Positions 1 to 8,554 of a DNA stretch of 32,000 bases are shown here, one piece after another. Numbering within the stretch: position 1 is the first letter of the stretch; each line of letters begins with the position of its first letter. The DNA lies in the NCBI RefSeq assembly GCF_000701705.1, contig NZ_JNJP01000002.1, forward strand, positions 175,210-207,209, in the 5' to 3' direction. A program made the translations under genes and the position numbers. Source of the stretch: Bilophila wadsworthia ATCC 49260. Lineage in GTDB: Bacteria > Desulfobacterota > Desulfovibrionia > Desulfovibrionales > Desulfovibrionaceae. The notes below the pieces were generated by a model, which saw nothing but the letters and a program-made list of their open reading frames with translations, had not been told where the DNA came from and did no database searches.

Positions 1-1728
1 CACCAGCAGATCGTTGCCCTCTTTGAGCGTCACGGCCCGATTGCCTTTCTCAAGGCTCAGCGCGTCGTCACCTTCCTTTAATGTGGCACTGCGGCTGCCC
101 TTTTCAATGGTGAAGGCATCGTCACCTTCCTTGAGTTCGACGGAGCGGTTCCCCTTTTCCAACGTAAGGGCATCGTTGCCTTCCTTGAGCGTCGTGATCC
201 GGCTGCTCTTTTCCAACGTGAGCGCGTCGCCGCCCTCCCCGATGATCGTCACCGTGCGGGCGTCCTCCACATCACAGGAAAACATCTTCTGGGCGTGCAG
301 ATACACCAGCTCCGCATCCTTCGTATCGTCGAAGCGCAGCTCATTGCCGGCCTGTCCGTCCGGAAAACTCCGGGTCAGCAGGCCGGAACAGGCCGCGTGC
401 TCCGGCAGCGCCCACGGCGGCGGATTGCCCGAATTGTAGACCATGCCCGTCACAAGGGGCCGATCCGGATCTCCCCCGACAAAACCGATCACCACTTCCT
501 GCCCGATGCGAGGCAGGAACAGCGCGCCGTAGCCGTTGCCGGTCCACGGCTGTGCCACCCGCACCCAGCACGACGAGGTTTCATCCGAGGCACCCTGCCA
601 ATGGAACCGGACCTTGCACCGCCCGTGCTGGTCCGTCCAAACCTCTTCACCTTCCTTGCCCGTGACCACACCCGTAAGCGGGCCGCTCATGCGGGACCGC
701 GCGAAAAACGGCAGGGGGCGATAACGGGCGGAAGCGGGCACAGCGGAAACATCCGCCAGGAAACGCCCGGTTTCGGCAGTGCCGTCACCGGGGAACGATG
801 CCGTAAAACGGACTTCCGTAGCCACCCACCGGGCATTCACCTGCCCGTCGGGGTGCCCCTTCACTGCAAAGGCGCATCCTGCGGACAGCCCCGGACAGGA
901 AGAGCGCCCGCGCAGCTTGAACCCTCCCGACTCGCACGCGTCCAAGCGGATAGCCGCGAGCCCTTCGCCGGACTGCTGATCGATATGCCCGGCCAACGGA
1001 TAGCCGAGGCAAGGGAACCCTTCTCCCGCGGACGCGGCAAGGCTGGTTTCAGGGGTCAGCGGGTTATAGTCATCCACGGAGCAGGAAGCCGCAGCAACCT
1101 GCCGTGACAGCGAAAGCTCAAAAACATGCGCAGAGGGTTCCGTGGGCGGCCCACCCTCCTTGTCCTGCGCGTCGGGAAGCCATTCCAGCGTCGCACCCTG
1201 CGGGCAATCCGCGAAAACGTCGGGCGAATCGGCCATGACCAGCGTGTGCGCGGACCCACTGTGCTCGAAAAAATACACAATCCCGGCCTCCGCCATGAGA
1301 CGGCTCAAGAAGGCGAACGACGTTTCGCCATAACGGACGGTGTACTCCTTTGCCGGATAGGTTGAGGAAAGGGCATTGCGGATATGCCCGAATCCAGCGT
1401 CAGTGCAGACTTTGGTGACGATTTCCGGCACGCTCATATTTTGGAAGACAGCGCAGGTGCGTTCCTGATCAAGGCGCAGGAACCACGGGCGCAGCTCCAG
1501 CGTATACCGGGCGGAGCGCACAGTGGACGGCCCCTGTTCGGCACGGAACACGATGCCGTTGAGCGGACGCGTCGAGCCGTCGGGCATGGGCAGCCGTACG
1601 GTATGCGGTTTGCCGATCAGCGCCGCCAGTTCCGGCTGCTCGTCAGGGTAATATTCCAGCACGTAACGAAACGGGCGGGAAAGGGCCTCGTAACCGGTAA
1701 GGGTAGTAGACATATCGAGCGATTCCAT
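1..1728 (-). CDS. vgrG: VgrG (TssI) spike protein, C-terminal end cut by the window edge
   Basis: The minus-strand frame is open from the ATG at 1726-1728 (alternative ATG at 1711-1713) to position 1. It has no stop in the window, which is why it is absent from the ORF track. Hand translation gives MSTTLTGYEALSRPFRYVLEYY at the N-terminus. It also gives the gp27/gp5 hallmark VGGDPDRPLVTGMVYNSGNP (421-480) and C-terminal beta-helix repeats of the LTLEKGNRSVELKEGDDA type. Confidence 0.9.
   Translation of the reverse strand, partial: MESLDMSTTLTGYEALSRPFRYVLEYYPDEQPELAALIGKPHTVRLPMPDGSTRPLNGIVFRAEQGPSTVRSARYTLELRPWFLRLDQERTCAVFQNMSVPEIVTKVCTDAGFGHIRNALSSTYPAKEYTVRYGETSFAFLSRLMAEAGIVYFFEHSGSAHTLVMADSPDVFADCPQGATLEWLPDAQDKEGGPPTEPSAHVFELSLSRQVAAASCSVDDYNPLTPETSLAASAGEGFPCLGYPLAGHIDQQSGEGLAAIRLDACESGGFKLRGRSSCPGLSAGCAFAVKGHPDGQVNARWVATEVRFTASFPGDGTAETGRFLADVSAVPASARYRPLPFFARSRMSGPLTGVVTGKEGEEVWTDQHGRCKVRFHWQGASDETSSCWVRVAQPWTGNGYGALFLPRIGQEVVIGFVGGDPDRPLVTGMVYNSGNPPPWALPEHAACSGLLTRSFPDGQAGNELRFDDTKDAELVYLHAQKMFSCDVEDARTVTIIGEGGDALTLEKSSRITTLKEGNDALTLEKGNRSVELKEGDDAFTIEKGSRSATLKEGDDALSLEKGNRAVTLKEGNDLLV
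7..222 (-). repeat. Four tandem 54-bp (18-codon) units encoding the gp5-like beta-helix of VgrG
   Basis: Hand translation gives four consecutive units: LTLEKSSRITTLKEGNDA, LTLEKGNRSVELKEGDDA, FTIEKGSRSATLKEGDDA and LSLEKGNRAVTLKEGNDL. The DNA shows the recurring string gtcaccttcctt. The array may continue beyond the window edge. Confidence 0.8.
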
Positions 1729-1842
1729 CCAGATTTTCGGTTTTACCGATCAACGTTGGGATGTCCGGTTCTCTTTATCAACGGGTCACACGGACGAAGC
1801 GCGACTTTCATATACAAATGTGACTCGGAAAACGGCAAGGCG

Positions 1843-2382
1843 TCAAGTTTTACCCTTACTCAGCGCTGCAACGAATCTATCCTTGGCCGTAGGCGGCGTG
1901 GGTGTAGGCGTGAGGGGGGCCGTAGGGAGGGAAACAGGGCCGGGGGAGGGCGCGGGCTTAGCGATGACAGGGCCCATGTTGGCCGACCAAATACTCTTCG
2001 CCCCAGCCGTGCGGTACGGCCTGGGCGAATGCGTAAATGCTTTGGGGCCCAGCGTGGGATCAGCCTCCCATGCGGGCATCAGCTCCGTAACAAGCGGAAA
2101 GGCAGAACTCTCGGACCTGCAAAAACAAAAATCCTCATGTATGTTATTGTAATAACTTTTTGTACTAAAAAAATCCGGAGGTGCCGTAATCGGTTTGTAG
2201 GCTACCGAAAGCTCGTGCCAGCAGGTAGAATTGCTCGTCAACTCTTTTGCGAAGCAAATCTCACCAACGATGTCATAAACAACAAAATAATGATCAGGAG
2301 GGCCTGTTATCCCAAGGGGATTACCGTCAAAACCAAAAAAAATTGCGTTCGACAAATAGTAAACATCTCCTATATCAGGCAT
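1843..2382 (-). CDS. Hypothetical protein (179 aa), no recognised domain; sits in the tssG-vgrG slot
   Basis: ORF from the track. Its ATG lies 4 nt after the tssG stop, and a GAGGAG sits 11 nt upstream. The first ~85 codons are conspicuously AT-rich (TTT, AAT, GAT, TAT codons), unlike the neighbouring genes. The C-terminal part is GC-rich and Pro/Thr/Ala-rich (PAPSPGPVSLPTAPLTPTPTPPTA). Coding status of the 3' half is uncertain. Confidence 0.4.
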   Translation of the reverse strand: MPDIGDVYYLSNAIFFGFDGNPLGITGPPDHYFVVYDIVGEICFAKELTSNSTCWHELSVAYKPITAPPDFFSTKSYYNNIHEDFCFCRSESSAFPLVTELMPAWEADPTLGPKAFTHSPRPYRTAGAKSIWSANMGPVIAKPAPSPGPVSLPTAPLTPTPTPPTAKDRFVAALSKGKT

Positions 2383-2386
2383 AGTT

Positions 2387-3313
2387 TCACCCGCTCCTCG
2401 TAAAATTATTCAGTATCACCTCACACCCCACGTCCCCCAGATACCAGCGGACCAGTGCAAGCAGGTCGGCGCGGCACGTTCCGGCGGGAGGGGGTAGAAA
2501 CATCCGGCGCTGTGCCTCCGTCAGCGGGCCGAGGCGCAGGATGATCCCCGCCGAAGCGTCAAAAACCCGGCTTCCGAGCAGGGCCGTGCTTCCGAGCCGC
2601 GCATTGCCCGCATCCCTTCCGCCAAGGCGGGTGAGAGCCTCCTCGGGCAGATCGACCCATGCGCCGTGGAACGGTTCCACGCGGGCTTCAACCCCAAAGG
2701 CCGCCTTCACCAGCTTTTCCAACCCCGCCGCGGATCGCGGCTGCCGGGCCCATACGGCCGCGCAGGACCGGAACAGCGCGGCGGGCACGTCTCCCCTCCC
2801 AGCCACCGGGCCGGGCATGGGCACATCCCGCGCCCGCTCTCCCGTATTGGGAAGGCCGGAAACCGCCTCCAGGAACGCGGCGAAGGGGTGAGCCTCCGGC
2901 AGGCCGTCAGCCCGCAGTTCCGGGCACAACGACGACGCCATATCCCGCCACAGATGCAGGATCCTGTTGTGGAACAGATCCAGAAACTCCTGAAATGCCG
3001 GGTCCCCGGCCCGCATCCGCTCCCGCACCAGCAAGGCCACATGCGGCGGCAACGGCCCATCCATGCCCGCCAGCCCAAGCAGATTCACATCAAGGCGCGG
3101 AGCCCCGCCCTCCGGGAAGGCCACGCCGCGGACCACCCCAGCAGGGATGCTGTCCGAAGCCGGGACGCCCCAGTCCATGCGGCCTTTCCATGCCTCAAGA
3201 ATCGCACCCGCCTGCCAGACGTCGAAACGCCACGGCGCGGACCGGAAGCGCGACAGGGCATCGCCGTCTAGATCAGCGGAAGCGCGCCGGATCGCAGAGG
3301 CCATCTGTGCCAC
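2387..3313 (-). CDS. tssG: TssG (ImpH/VasB family) baseplate subunit
   Basis: 308-aa ORF. It carries the N-terminal WRFDVWQAGAILE motif (FDFFQAVRLLE type) and LLGLAGMDGPLPPHV (LLGLxGPNGPLP type). It lies directly downstream of tssF. Confidence 0.85.
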   Translation of the reverse strand: MAQMASAIRRASADLDGDALSRFRSAPWRFDVWQAGAILEAWKGRMDWGVPASDSIPAGVVRGVAFPEGGAPRLDVNLLGLAGMDGPLPPHVALLVRERMRAGDPAFQEFLDLFHNRILHLWRDMASSLCPELRADGLPEAHPFAAFLEAVSGLPNTGERARDVPMPGPVAGRGDVPAALFRSCAAVWARQPRSAAGLEKLVKAAFGVEARVEPFHGAWVDLPEEALTRLGGRDAGNARLGSTALLGSRVFDASAGIILRLGPLTEAQRRMFLPPPAGTCRADLLALVRWYLGDVGCEVILNNFTRSG

Positions 3314-5067
3314 GTCCCTTTACGGTTACAGGTTTTCAGCACAAGCTGCGTAAACGTGTTGATTCCGGCGTACAGCCCGAAGAACACGTCGAGGACCTCC
3401 GCGAACAGAAACGCGCTGCCTCCGGTGAAGGCGTCCTCGTCGAGCGTGAGCGTCAGCCGGGTTCCCCTCGCCGCACAGCCCGGAGCGGAGCGCAAGGGAC
3501 GAATGAGCGGCTTGGCACACAACCCGTTCACGCCGGCGATCTGGCGCTGCGCAAAAGCGTCGCGCGGAGGCGCGTACAGGCGGAGCAGTTCACGCAGGAC
3601 ATTGTCGGCATCCGGCCCGCTCAAAGAAAGTTGATGGAGGCTGAGATGGGAAACGAGCTTCCACAGTTCGCCGCCGAACATGGGCGGATCGTGCTGTTGC
3701 GAAGGAGGGCCGCAGAAGCGGATAGCCGCCGTGGGCATGTCCGTATCCCGCGTCAGTTCGCCCTGACGCCAGCGCTCGGCGGCACGGTGGCGGTTCGTGC
3801 ACAATACCCGCGCGGAAGCCACCCAAGGCCGAGCCGTCTCCGGGCGGAACCCCGCTTCCTTGAAATGCAGAAACACGTCCGTCCCTATGCCGTCCAAAGA
3901 TGGCTTCCTGCGCAGGAACCACATCAGGGACGGCGGCGCATCCCCTTCTCCTGAAAGAGAAAAATACGGCATAACCGAAGAACGTTCCCCTCCCTCCAAA
4001 GCGTCCACAGCGATCACGGAATGGACTTCCGTACTGTCCCGGTGCCGCAGATCCGGCACGAGCAGGTGTCCCGAGCGCTCGTGATCCACCCGGATGGGTT
4101 CCGCCATGCGCTCGAACAAGTTGACCACAGGTACGGCGCAGGTGCGGAACAATCTTGAGGAAACCGTTTTCGGCGGCGGCGCGTCCACGGGGAACAGGAG
4201 ATCGAAGCCTGGCAAATCCCCGAGTTCCCGCCGACGTTCCAGCCCGAACACCTCCCAGAACAGCAGGTGTTCGGGATAGGCAAAATACTCCTGCAGCAAC
4301 TGGTATCCGGGCAGAGCGTAGGCGGATTCGGGGAACAGACGCCCGCCCGGCTCCAAGCCCGCATGACACAGGGCCTCCCGGCCAAGGGAGAGCGCCCTGG
4401 GCTTTGCGGCCCCGGCGTCGTCCGCGAGAAAGACATCCTTACACGCGCCGTGCACCCATTCGTGCATGGGAAAAGTCGCAAACCGATCACCGCCAAGGTG
4501 GAGAGATAACGAGGGCAATCCGAACTTTGCCAGCGAAAGCCCCGCGATACCCTCGATCCGCAGGCACAGGACACCGGGCACGCCCTGCGCCGCAGCGGGC
4601 ATCCAAGACGCCGGAGGGATGATGGAAGCCCGTACAACCTTCGCAGGATGCAACGTCAGAGGCCAGGCCGTCCGCCAGCGCAGCACGCCGCCGCGCTCGT
4701 CACGGTTGTGGATCGGGGTGTGCGCCGGAATGCCGAATCCGTCCGGCAGCCCGGCCACGCCCGCCGGATTGGGGATGAATTCCGCCACGCCCACGGACGG
4801 AATCGGGCAGACGAACTGCGGATAGAGCAGCCCGAGCAGGCTGTGCGAAACCAGCGGCAGCCGGGATTCCGCGTCCGCCCTCACCCGGGCGGCAAGCCAT
4901 GCGAACGACTCCAGCAGCAGATTAACCAAAGGATCGGGCTGCGTATCGGACGCCAGCCCGAGCTGGCGCGCCATGCCGGGATTCCGCACGGCGAAGCGCA
5001 CCGCGTCCTCACGCAAGGAACGCAATTCCTCCCGGTACAGCCCGGCGATGTCCTCAAAGGCGTGCAT
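3268..5067 (-). CDS. tssF: TssF (ImpG/VasA family) baseplate subunit
   Basis: Long ORF with a TssF-like N-terminus, MHAFEDIAGLYREELRSLREDAVRFAVRNPGMARQLGL...DPLVNLLLESFAWLAARVR. The preferred start is the ATG at 5065-5067, which overlaps the tssE stop as TGATG. The track's upstream ATG at 5112 adds 15 Arg-rich residues and lies inside tssE. The 3' end overlaps the tssG start by 46 nt. Confidence 0.88.
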   Translation of the reverse strand: MHAFEDIAGLYREELRSLREDAVRFAVRNPGMARQLGLASDTQPDPLVNLLLESFAWLAARVRADAESRLPLVSHSLLGLLYPQFVCPIPSVGVAEFIPNPAGVAGLPDGFGIPAHTPIHNRDERGGVLRWRTAWPLTLHPAKVVRASIIPPASWMPAAAQGVPGVLCLRIEGIAGLSLAKFGLPSLSLHLGGDRFATFPMHEWVHGACKDVFLADDAGAAKPRALSLGREALCHAGLEPGGRLFPESAYALPGYQLLQEYFAYPEHLLFWEVFGLERRRELGDLPGFDLLFPVDAPPPKTVSSRLFRTCAVPVVNLFERMAEPIRVDHERSGHLLVPDLRHRDSTEVHSVIAVDALEGGERSSVMPYFSLSGEGDAPPSLMWFLRRKPSLDGIGTDVFLHFKEAGFRPETARPWVASARVLCTNRHRAAERWRQGELTRDTDMPTAAIRFCGPPSQQHDPPMFGGELWKLVSHLSLHQLSLSGPDADNVLRELLRLYAPPRDAFAQRQIAGVNGLCAKPLIRPLRSAPGCAARGTRLTLTLDEDAFTGGSAFLFAEVLDVFFGLYAGINTFTQLVLKTCNRKGTWHRWPLRSGALPLI

Positions 5068-5471
5068 CAGCCCTCCGCGGCCGCTCCAGCGGAGAACACG
5101 CCTCCGTCGCATTGGAGCAAAAACGTCACCGGTTCCTCTTCGGACGCCGCATCCACCCGCAAATGCAGCCGACCGTCCTCAAATCCAAGCGGGCTCACCC
5201 TTATCTTTTTCAGGCGCGGCTCGAAACGCTCCAGCGCAGCCGAAACGGCACGGGCCACCTCTCGCCCGTCCAGCGGGGCCGAACTCCAGTCCGCCAGGCC
5301 GTACCCCATCACCAGATCCGCCGCATCCCCATTCCCACAGGGGGCACGGGTGTTGAGCAGTTCCTCGACGTCTTCCGCCACGGCCGACAGGTATTCGCTC
5401 CGGGACAATCCGCGCCCCGAAGCTTTCCCAGCAAGGCGGGACAACAGCGGAATGCGCCTTTCCTCCTTCAT
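5067..5471 (-). CDS. tssE: TssE (gp25-like baseplate wedge protein)
   Basis: 134-aa ORF of gp25-like size. The sequence reads PLLSRL...EDVEELLNTR...GYGLADWS...ERFEPRLKKIRV. It sits between hcp and tssF, and its start overlaps the hcp stop as TAATG. Confidence 0.8.
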   Translation of the reverse strand: MKEERRIPLLSRLAGKASGRGLSRSEYLSAVAEDVEELLNTRAPCGNGDAADLVMGYGLADWSSAPLDGREVARAVSAALERFEPRLKKIRVSPLGFEDGRLHLRVDAASEEEPVTFLLQCDGGVFSAGAAAEG

Positions 5472-5953
5472 TACGAAACCTTATTCGTCTTGAGATCGTG
5501 GCTGGCGGCAATGTTGCCGTCGGATCCGCCCTCTTCCTTCTGGCGGATATAGGTGTACTTGATGGTCGCGTAATTCAGCGCGATCTCCTCATACGGCAGA
5601 TCCCCGCCGCCACGCAGGTTGTAAGAGGCCACCACCACGTTCTCCATCGTGATTTCAAGGAACTTGATCGCGGCGTCGTTGTCCATACGGCAGCAGGTGA
5701 GCACCACGGAATCCAGGACCTTGGCGCTCCACAGGGCCTTGCAGATATTGGGCGAGGAACTGTCGAGATATTTGGTCACGTTCATCATCGAATGGACGGC
5801 CTGCCCCGTGGTGGGGCCGGTACTGCTGCGGATCGGCGAGGTCGGCTGATGAAACCCGTTGGTGAAATTGATGAGTTCCATCTGCTTCTCAAAGCCGCTG
5901 ATGGTCGATTCGCCCTCAATATCACCGAGCTTGAGAAAGGTATTCGTGGACAT
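5471..5953 (-). CDS. hcp: Hcp (TssD) inner tube protein
   Basis: 160-aa ORF starting MSTNTFLKLGDIEGESTISGFEKQMELINFTNGFHQP, with IALNYATIKYTY near the C-terminus. A GAGGAG lies 8 nt upstream of the ATG. Confidence 0.9.
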   Translation of the reverse strand: MSTNTFLKLGDIEGESTISGFEKQMELINFTNGFHQPTSPIRSSTGPTTGQAVHSMMNVTKYLDSSSPNICKALWSAKVLDSVVLTCCRMDNDAAIKFLEITMENVVVASYNLRGGGDLPYEEIALNYATIKYTYIRQKEEGGSDGNIAASHDLKTNKVS

Positions 5954-6349
5954 GGATTCTGCTCCTCAAGAGTTGTATGCTCCGGCGGCAAGGCCTGCCG
6001 CCCTCTTGCCCCCATCCGGAGAAATGGCTCGTGCCCGTGGAACTTCCGGTTTCCCTCCTGCCCGGCGCACAGGGCGGATGGGATTCACAGACATTGGGCA
6101 GTTGCGTTTTATGACGCGGCGACGTCGCAGTGGAAGGCATCAAAGACGGAAACCATTTCCCCCTCCTTGGAATATCGCTCCAGCTCCGGCATCACCATTC
6201 ATGCGGAAGTCCGGGGCCGGTCCAAAGGGCGGTTTCAAAAAGGCCGGGCACCGGGCGAGCCTTCGAGCCGTACGGGTCGAGGGCACCACAGATCTCCTCC
6301 GGCGGGCAAAGGGATTCGCGGCCCCTCGCCGCCGGAGGCGCATCGTTTT
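5954..6349 (-). promoter_or_regulatory. 396-bp structured non-coding spacer between the tssBC stop and the hcp start
   Basis: No credible ORF. A 9-bp-stem hairpin (CTCCGGCGG...CCGCCGGAG in the minus sense) lies just after the tssBC stop, around 6296-6340. A 7-bp hairpin (GGCGGCA...TGCCGCC) lies around 5975-5998, just upstream of the hcp RBS. The function (internal promoter, attenuator or processing site) is not determined. Confidence 0.4.
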
Positions 6350-8509
6350 TTACACCGCGGGCGGCGGCAATTCCGCCACAAGCCGGATACTTGCGGTCAG
6401 TTCCTCAAGCTGGAAATGCGGCCTCAGGAAGATCACACACTTGTACGCGCCCGGATTCCCGGGATCCTCGCTCACGTCCACGCGGGCCTCACGCAGCGGA
6501 TAGCGCGCCTTGATGTCGTCCCCGGCGTCGTCGGAGAGCAGGACATACTGGCTGATCCAGTTATTCAGATACTTTGACACGTTATCCGCCGTCATGAACG
6601 ACCCCACCTTGTCCCGCATGTTCGCCTTGACATAATGCGCGAACCGCGATGCGTTCAGCAGATAGGGCAGCCGCGCCGAGATCCGGGCGTTGGCGTTGGC
6701 CGTGTCGGAAGTGTAAACCGGCGGCTTGTGGACCGTCTGGCCGCTGAAGAAAGCCGCCTTGTCCGAATTCTTGCGGTAAATCAGGGCGATGAATCCGAGA
6801 TCCGAAAGCTCCTTTTCGCGGCGGTCGGTGATGCTCACCTCGGTGGGGCACAGCGCCACCGTCTCGCCGTTGGTCTGGCGGTACTTGTAGACGTTGAGGT
6901 TTTCCACGGCCCCGCCGCCCTCATAGCCCCGGATCGCCGCCGTCCAGCCGTACTTGGCAAAGGCCGCCGTGATGCACGCGGCAAGGGCGAAAGCCGTGTT
7001 GCCCCAAAGGTAACGGTCTGGGGACGGCCCGGCGACATCCTCCTCATAAACGAAGGTTTCCACGGGATCGGTGTCGTTGCCATAGGGCAGACGCATCAGC
7101 AGATGCGGAAGGCAAAGGGTCACATAGCGGGAATCGTCCTTCTCGCGGAACGAACGCCATTCGATATAGTCCGCGCTCTGGAAAATCTTGTGCAGATCGC
7201 GTGGCAAGGGCAGATCGGTGAAGCTCCCCAGCCCGAAAAGCTGCGGCGACGCGGCACTGAGCAGGGGGGTGTGCGCTGCGGCGGCTACTTCCGCCATCTT
7301 CTGGAGCACGCCGAGGTCCACCGCCGACAGGCCGTATTCATGGACATGGAGCAGGCAACTGTAGGGCTCTCCGCCGAACGTGCCGTACTCCTCCTCATAG
7401 ACCCGCTTGAACAGCAGGCTCTGGTCGAACTCCACGGCCCGTTCCAGATCCGTACGCAGTTCCTTGAAGGAGGCGTTGAACAGCCGCAGCTTGAGCCGAT
7501 CGCTCGTCTCCGTGTTGAACACCAGATAATGAAGGCCACGCCAGACGGCTTCAAGCTCCTGGAATGCCTCGGCATGTAGAATGGCGTCGAGCTGGCACGC
7601 AAGGAGCTTGTCCTTGCAGGCCACCCGTTCCGTCAGCATCCCCAGCATACTCCCGCTTGCGGGCAGCGTGAACGGATTGTCCTCATGTTCGGCAAGGCAC
7701 GCCGCCAAACGCGCATCAGCGACTTCCCGCTGGCGCTTATCCTCATCGGGGTCTCCGGAATTGCGGACCATCGCGGCGGCGAAGGACTCGGTTTTCGCCT
7801 TCCGTTTCTCGTCCAGCTTCTTCTTGGCCTCTGACGCCTCCGTTTCGGCTCGCTGAACGTCTTCTTCAGCGGCCTTTTGCTTTTCTTGGTCCTCTCCGGC
7901 CTTGCTCACGGCATCACGGGCGGCGTCCACAGAAGCCAACGCCTCCTTGTACGCCTTCCGCAACGCGTCCAATTCCGAGACAGAGTCACCGGTAGGGAAC
8001 AGCATCTTCTGCAGGCTGGCCTGTAAAGCGTCGTTGCCGTCCAACTTGGCGGCAAGATCCTGCAACAGATTGCGGCGCTCAAAAAACGCTGCCAGCGTCT
8101 CGACGTTTTTCACCAAACACTCGGGCCTGAAATCGTCCAGCTTCTCAAACCGCAGCGCACAGGAGAACGCCGCCTTCTCAGGCTCAACGCCTCCTTCCCG
8201 CCACGCCGCACTCGCGTCTTCAGTAATGAAGCGGTCCAGCCCGGAAAGCTTGAGCGCGGGGGCAACGGTTTTCATGATGTCGTCAAAATTGTCCCGGTCG
8301 ACGGCGGCAAAAGTACGCAGCTTGTACTCGGGCACCGGCGGAAGCCCCAGATCTTCCCGAACGGTCCTGTCACCCGCGAGATCCGCCATAATGCCCATGA
8401 CAAAGGGAAGTTCCTTCTTGACGATGGCATCGCCCACTTCCACGTCATAGGTAATCTGTACGCGCGGCGGGCGTACCCTGCCGAGCCGCTTCTGGATCGA
8501 TTCTCCCAT
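6350..8509 (-). CDS. tssBC: Fused TssB-TssC contractile sheath protein (719 aa)
   Basis: One uninterrupted ORF. Residues 1 to about 200 are TssB/VipA-like (RVRPPRVQITYDVEVGDAIVKKELPFVMGIMADLAG, DRDNFDDIM, LRFEKLDDFRPE, KLDGNDAL). Residues from about 300 onward are TssC/VipB-like (LDAILHAEAFQELEAVWRGLHYLV, LLFKRVYEEEYGTFGGEPYSCLL, RLPYG, ending PHFQLEELTASIRLV). A K/E-rich segment at about residues 200-245 (nt ~7775-7912) joins them. AAGGAG lies 7 nt upstream of the ATG. Confidence 0.9.
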   Translation of the reverse strand: MGESIQKRLGRVRPPRVQITYDVEVGDAIVKKELPFVMGIMADLAGDRTVREDLGLPPVPEYKLRTFAAVDRDNFDDIMKTVAPALKLSGLDRFITEDASAAWREGGVEPEKAAFSCALRFEKLDDFRPECLVKNVETLAAFFERRNLLQDLAAKLDGNDALQASLQKMLFPTGDSVSELDALRKAYKEALASVDAARDAVSKAGEDQEKQKAAEEDVQRAETEASEAKKKLDEKRKAKTESFAAAMVRNSGDPDEDKRQREVADARLAACLAEHEDNPFTLPASGSMLGMLTERVACKDKLLACQLDAILHAEAFQELEAVWRGLHYLVFNTETSDRLKLRLFNASFKELRTDLERAVEFDQSLLFKRVYEEEYGTFGGEPYSCLLHVHEYGLSAVDLGVLQKMAEVAAAAHTPLLSAASPQLFGLGSFTDLPLPRDLHKIFQSADYIEWRSFREKDDSRYVTLCLPHLLMRLPYGNDTDPVETFVYEEDVAGPSPDRYLWGNTAFALAACITAAFAKYGWTAAIRGYEGGGAVENLNVYKYRQTNGETVALCPTEVSITDRREKELSDLGFIALIYRKNSDKAAFFSGQTVHKPPVYTSDTANANARISARLPYLLNASRFAHYVKANMRDKVGSFMTADNVSKYLNNWISQYVLLSDDAGDDIKARYPLREARVDVSEDPGNPGAYKCVIFLRPHFQLEELTASIRLVAELPPPAV

Positions 8510-8554
8510 AGATACGCTCCTTGACGCTTTTTCGCGGCGTGGGCCGAAAAAAGG

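Noticed and set aside
1384-2403. 339-aa plus-strand ORF crossing the vgrG start and the orphan ORF
   Set aside because: It overlaps the vgrG N-terminus in antisense, has no motifs, and is a patchwork of GC-rich and AT-rich segments. The minus-strand genes explain the region better.
2659-3954. 431-aa plus-strand ORF. The same reasoning covers other long shadow ORFs: 5498..6577, 6635..7579, 8690..9553, 10302..11414(-), 11608..12513(-), 13097..13885(-), 14602..15651, 22331..23206(-), 23222..24121(-), 24582..25916(-), 26057..27577(-), 27945..29102(-) and 29790..31532(-)
   Set aside because: All overlap, on the opposite strand or out of frame, with genes that carry strong family signatures. Their translations are Arg/Pro/Gly/Ala-rich low-complexity strings, as expected from GC-rich non-coding frames.
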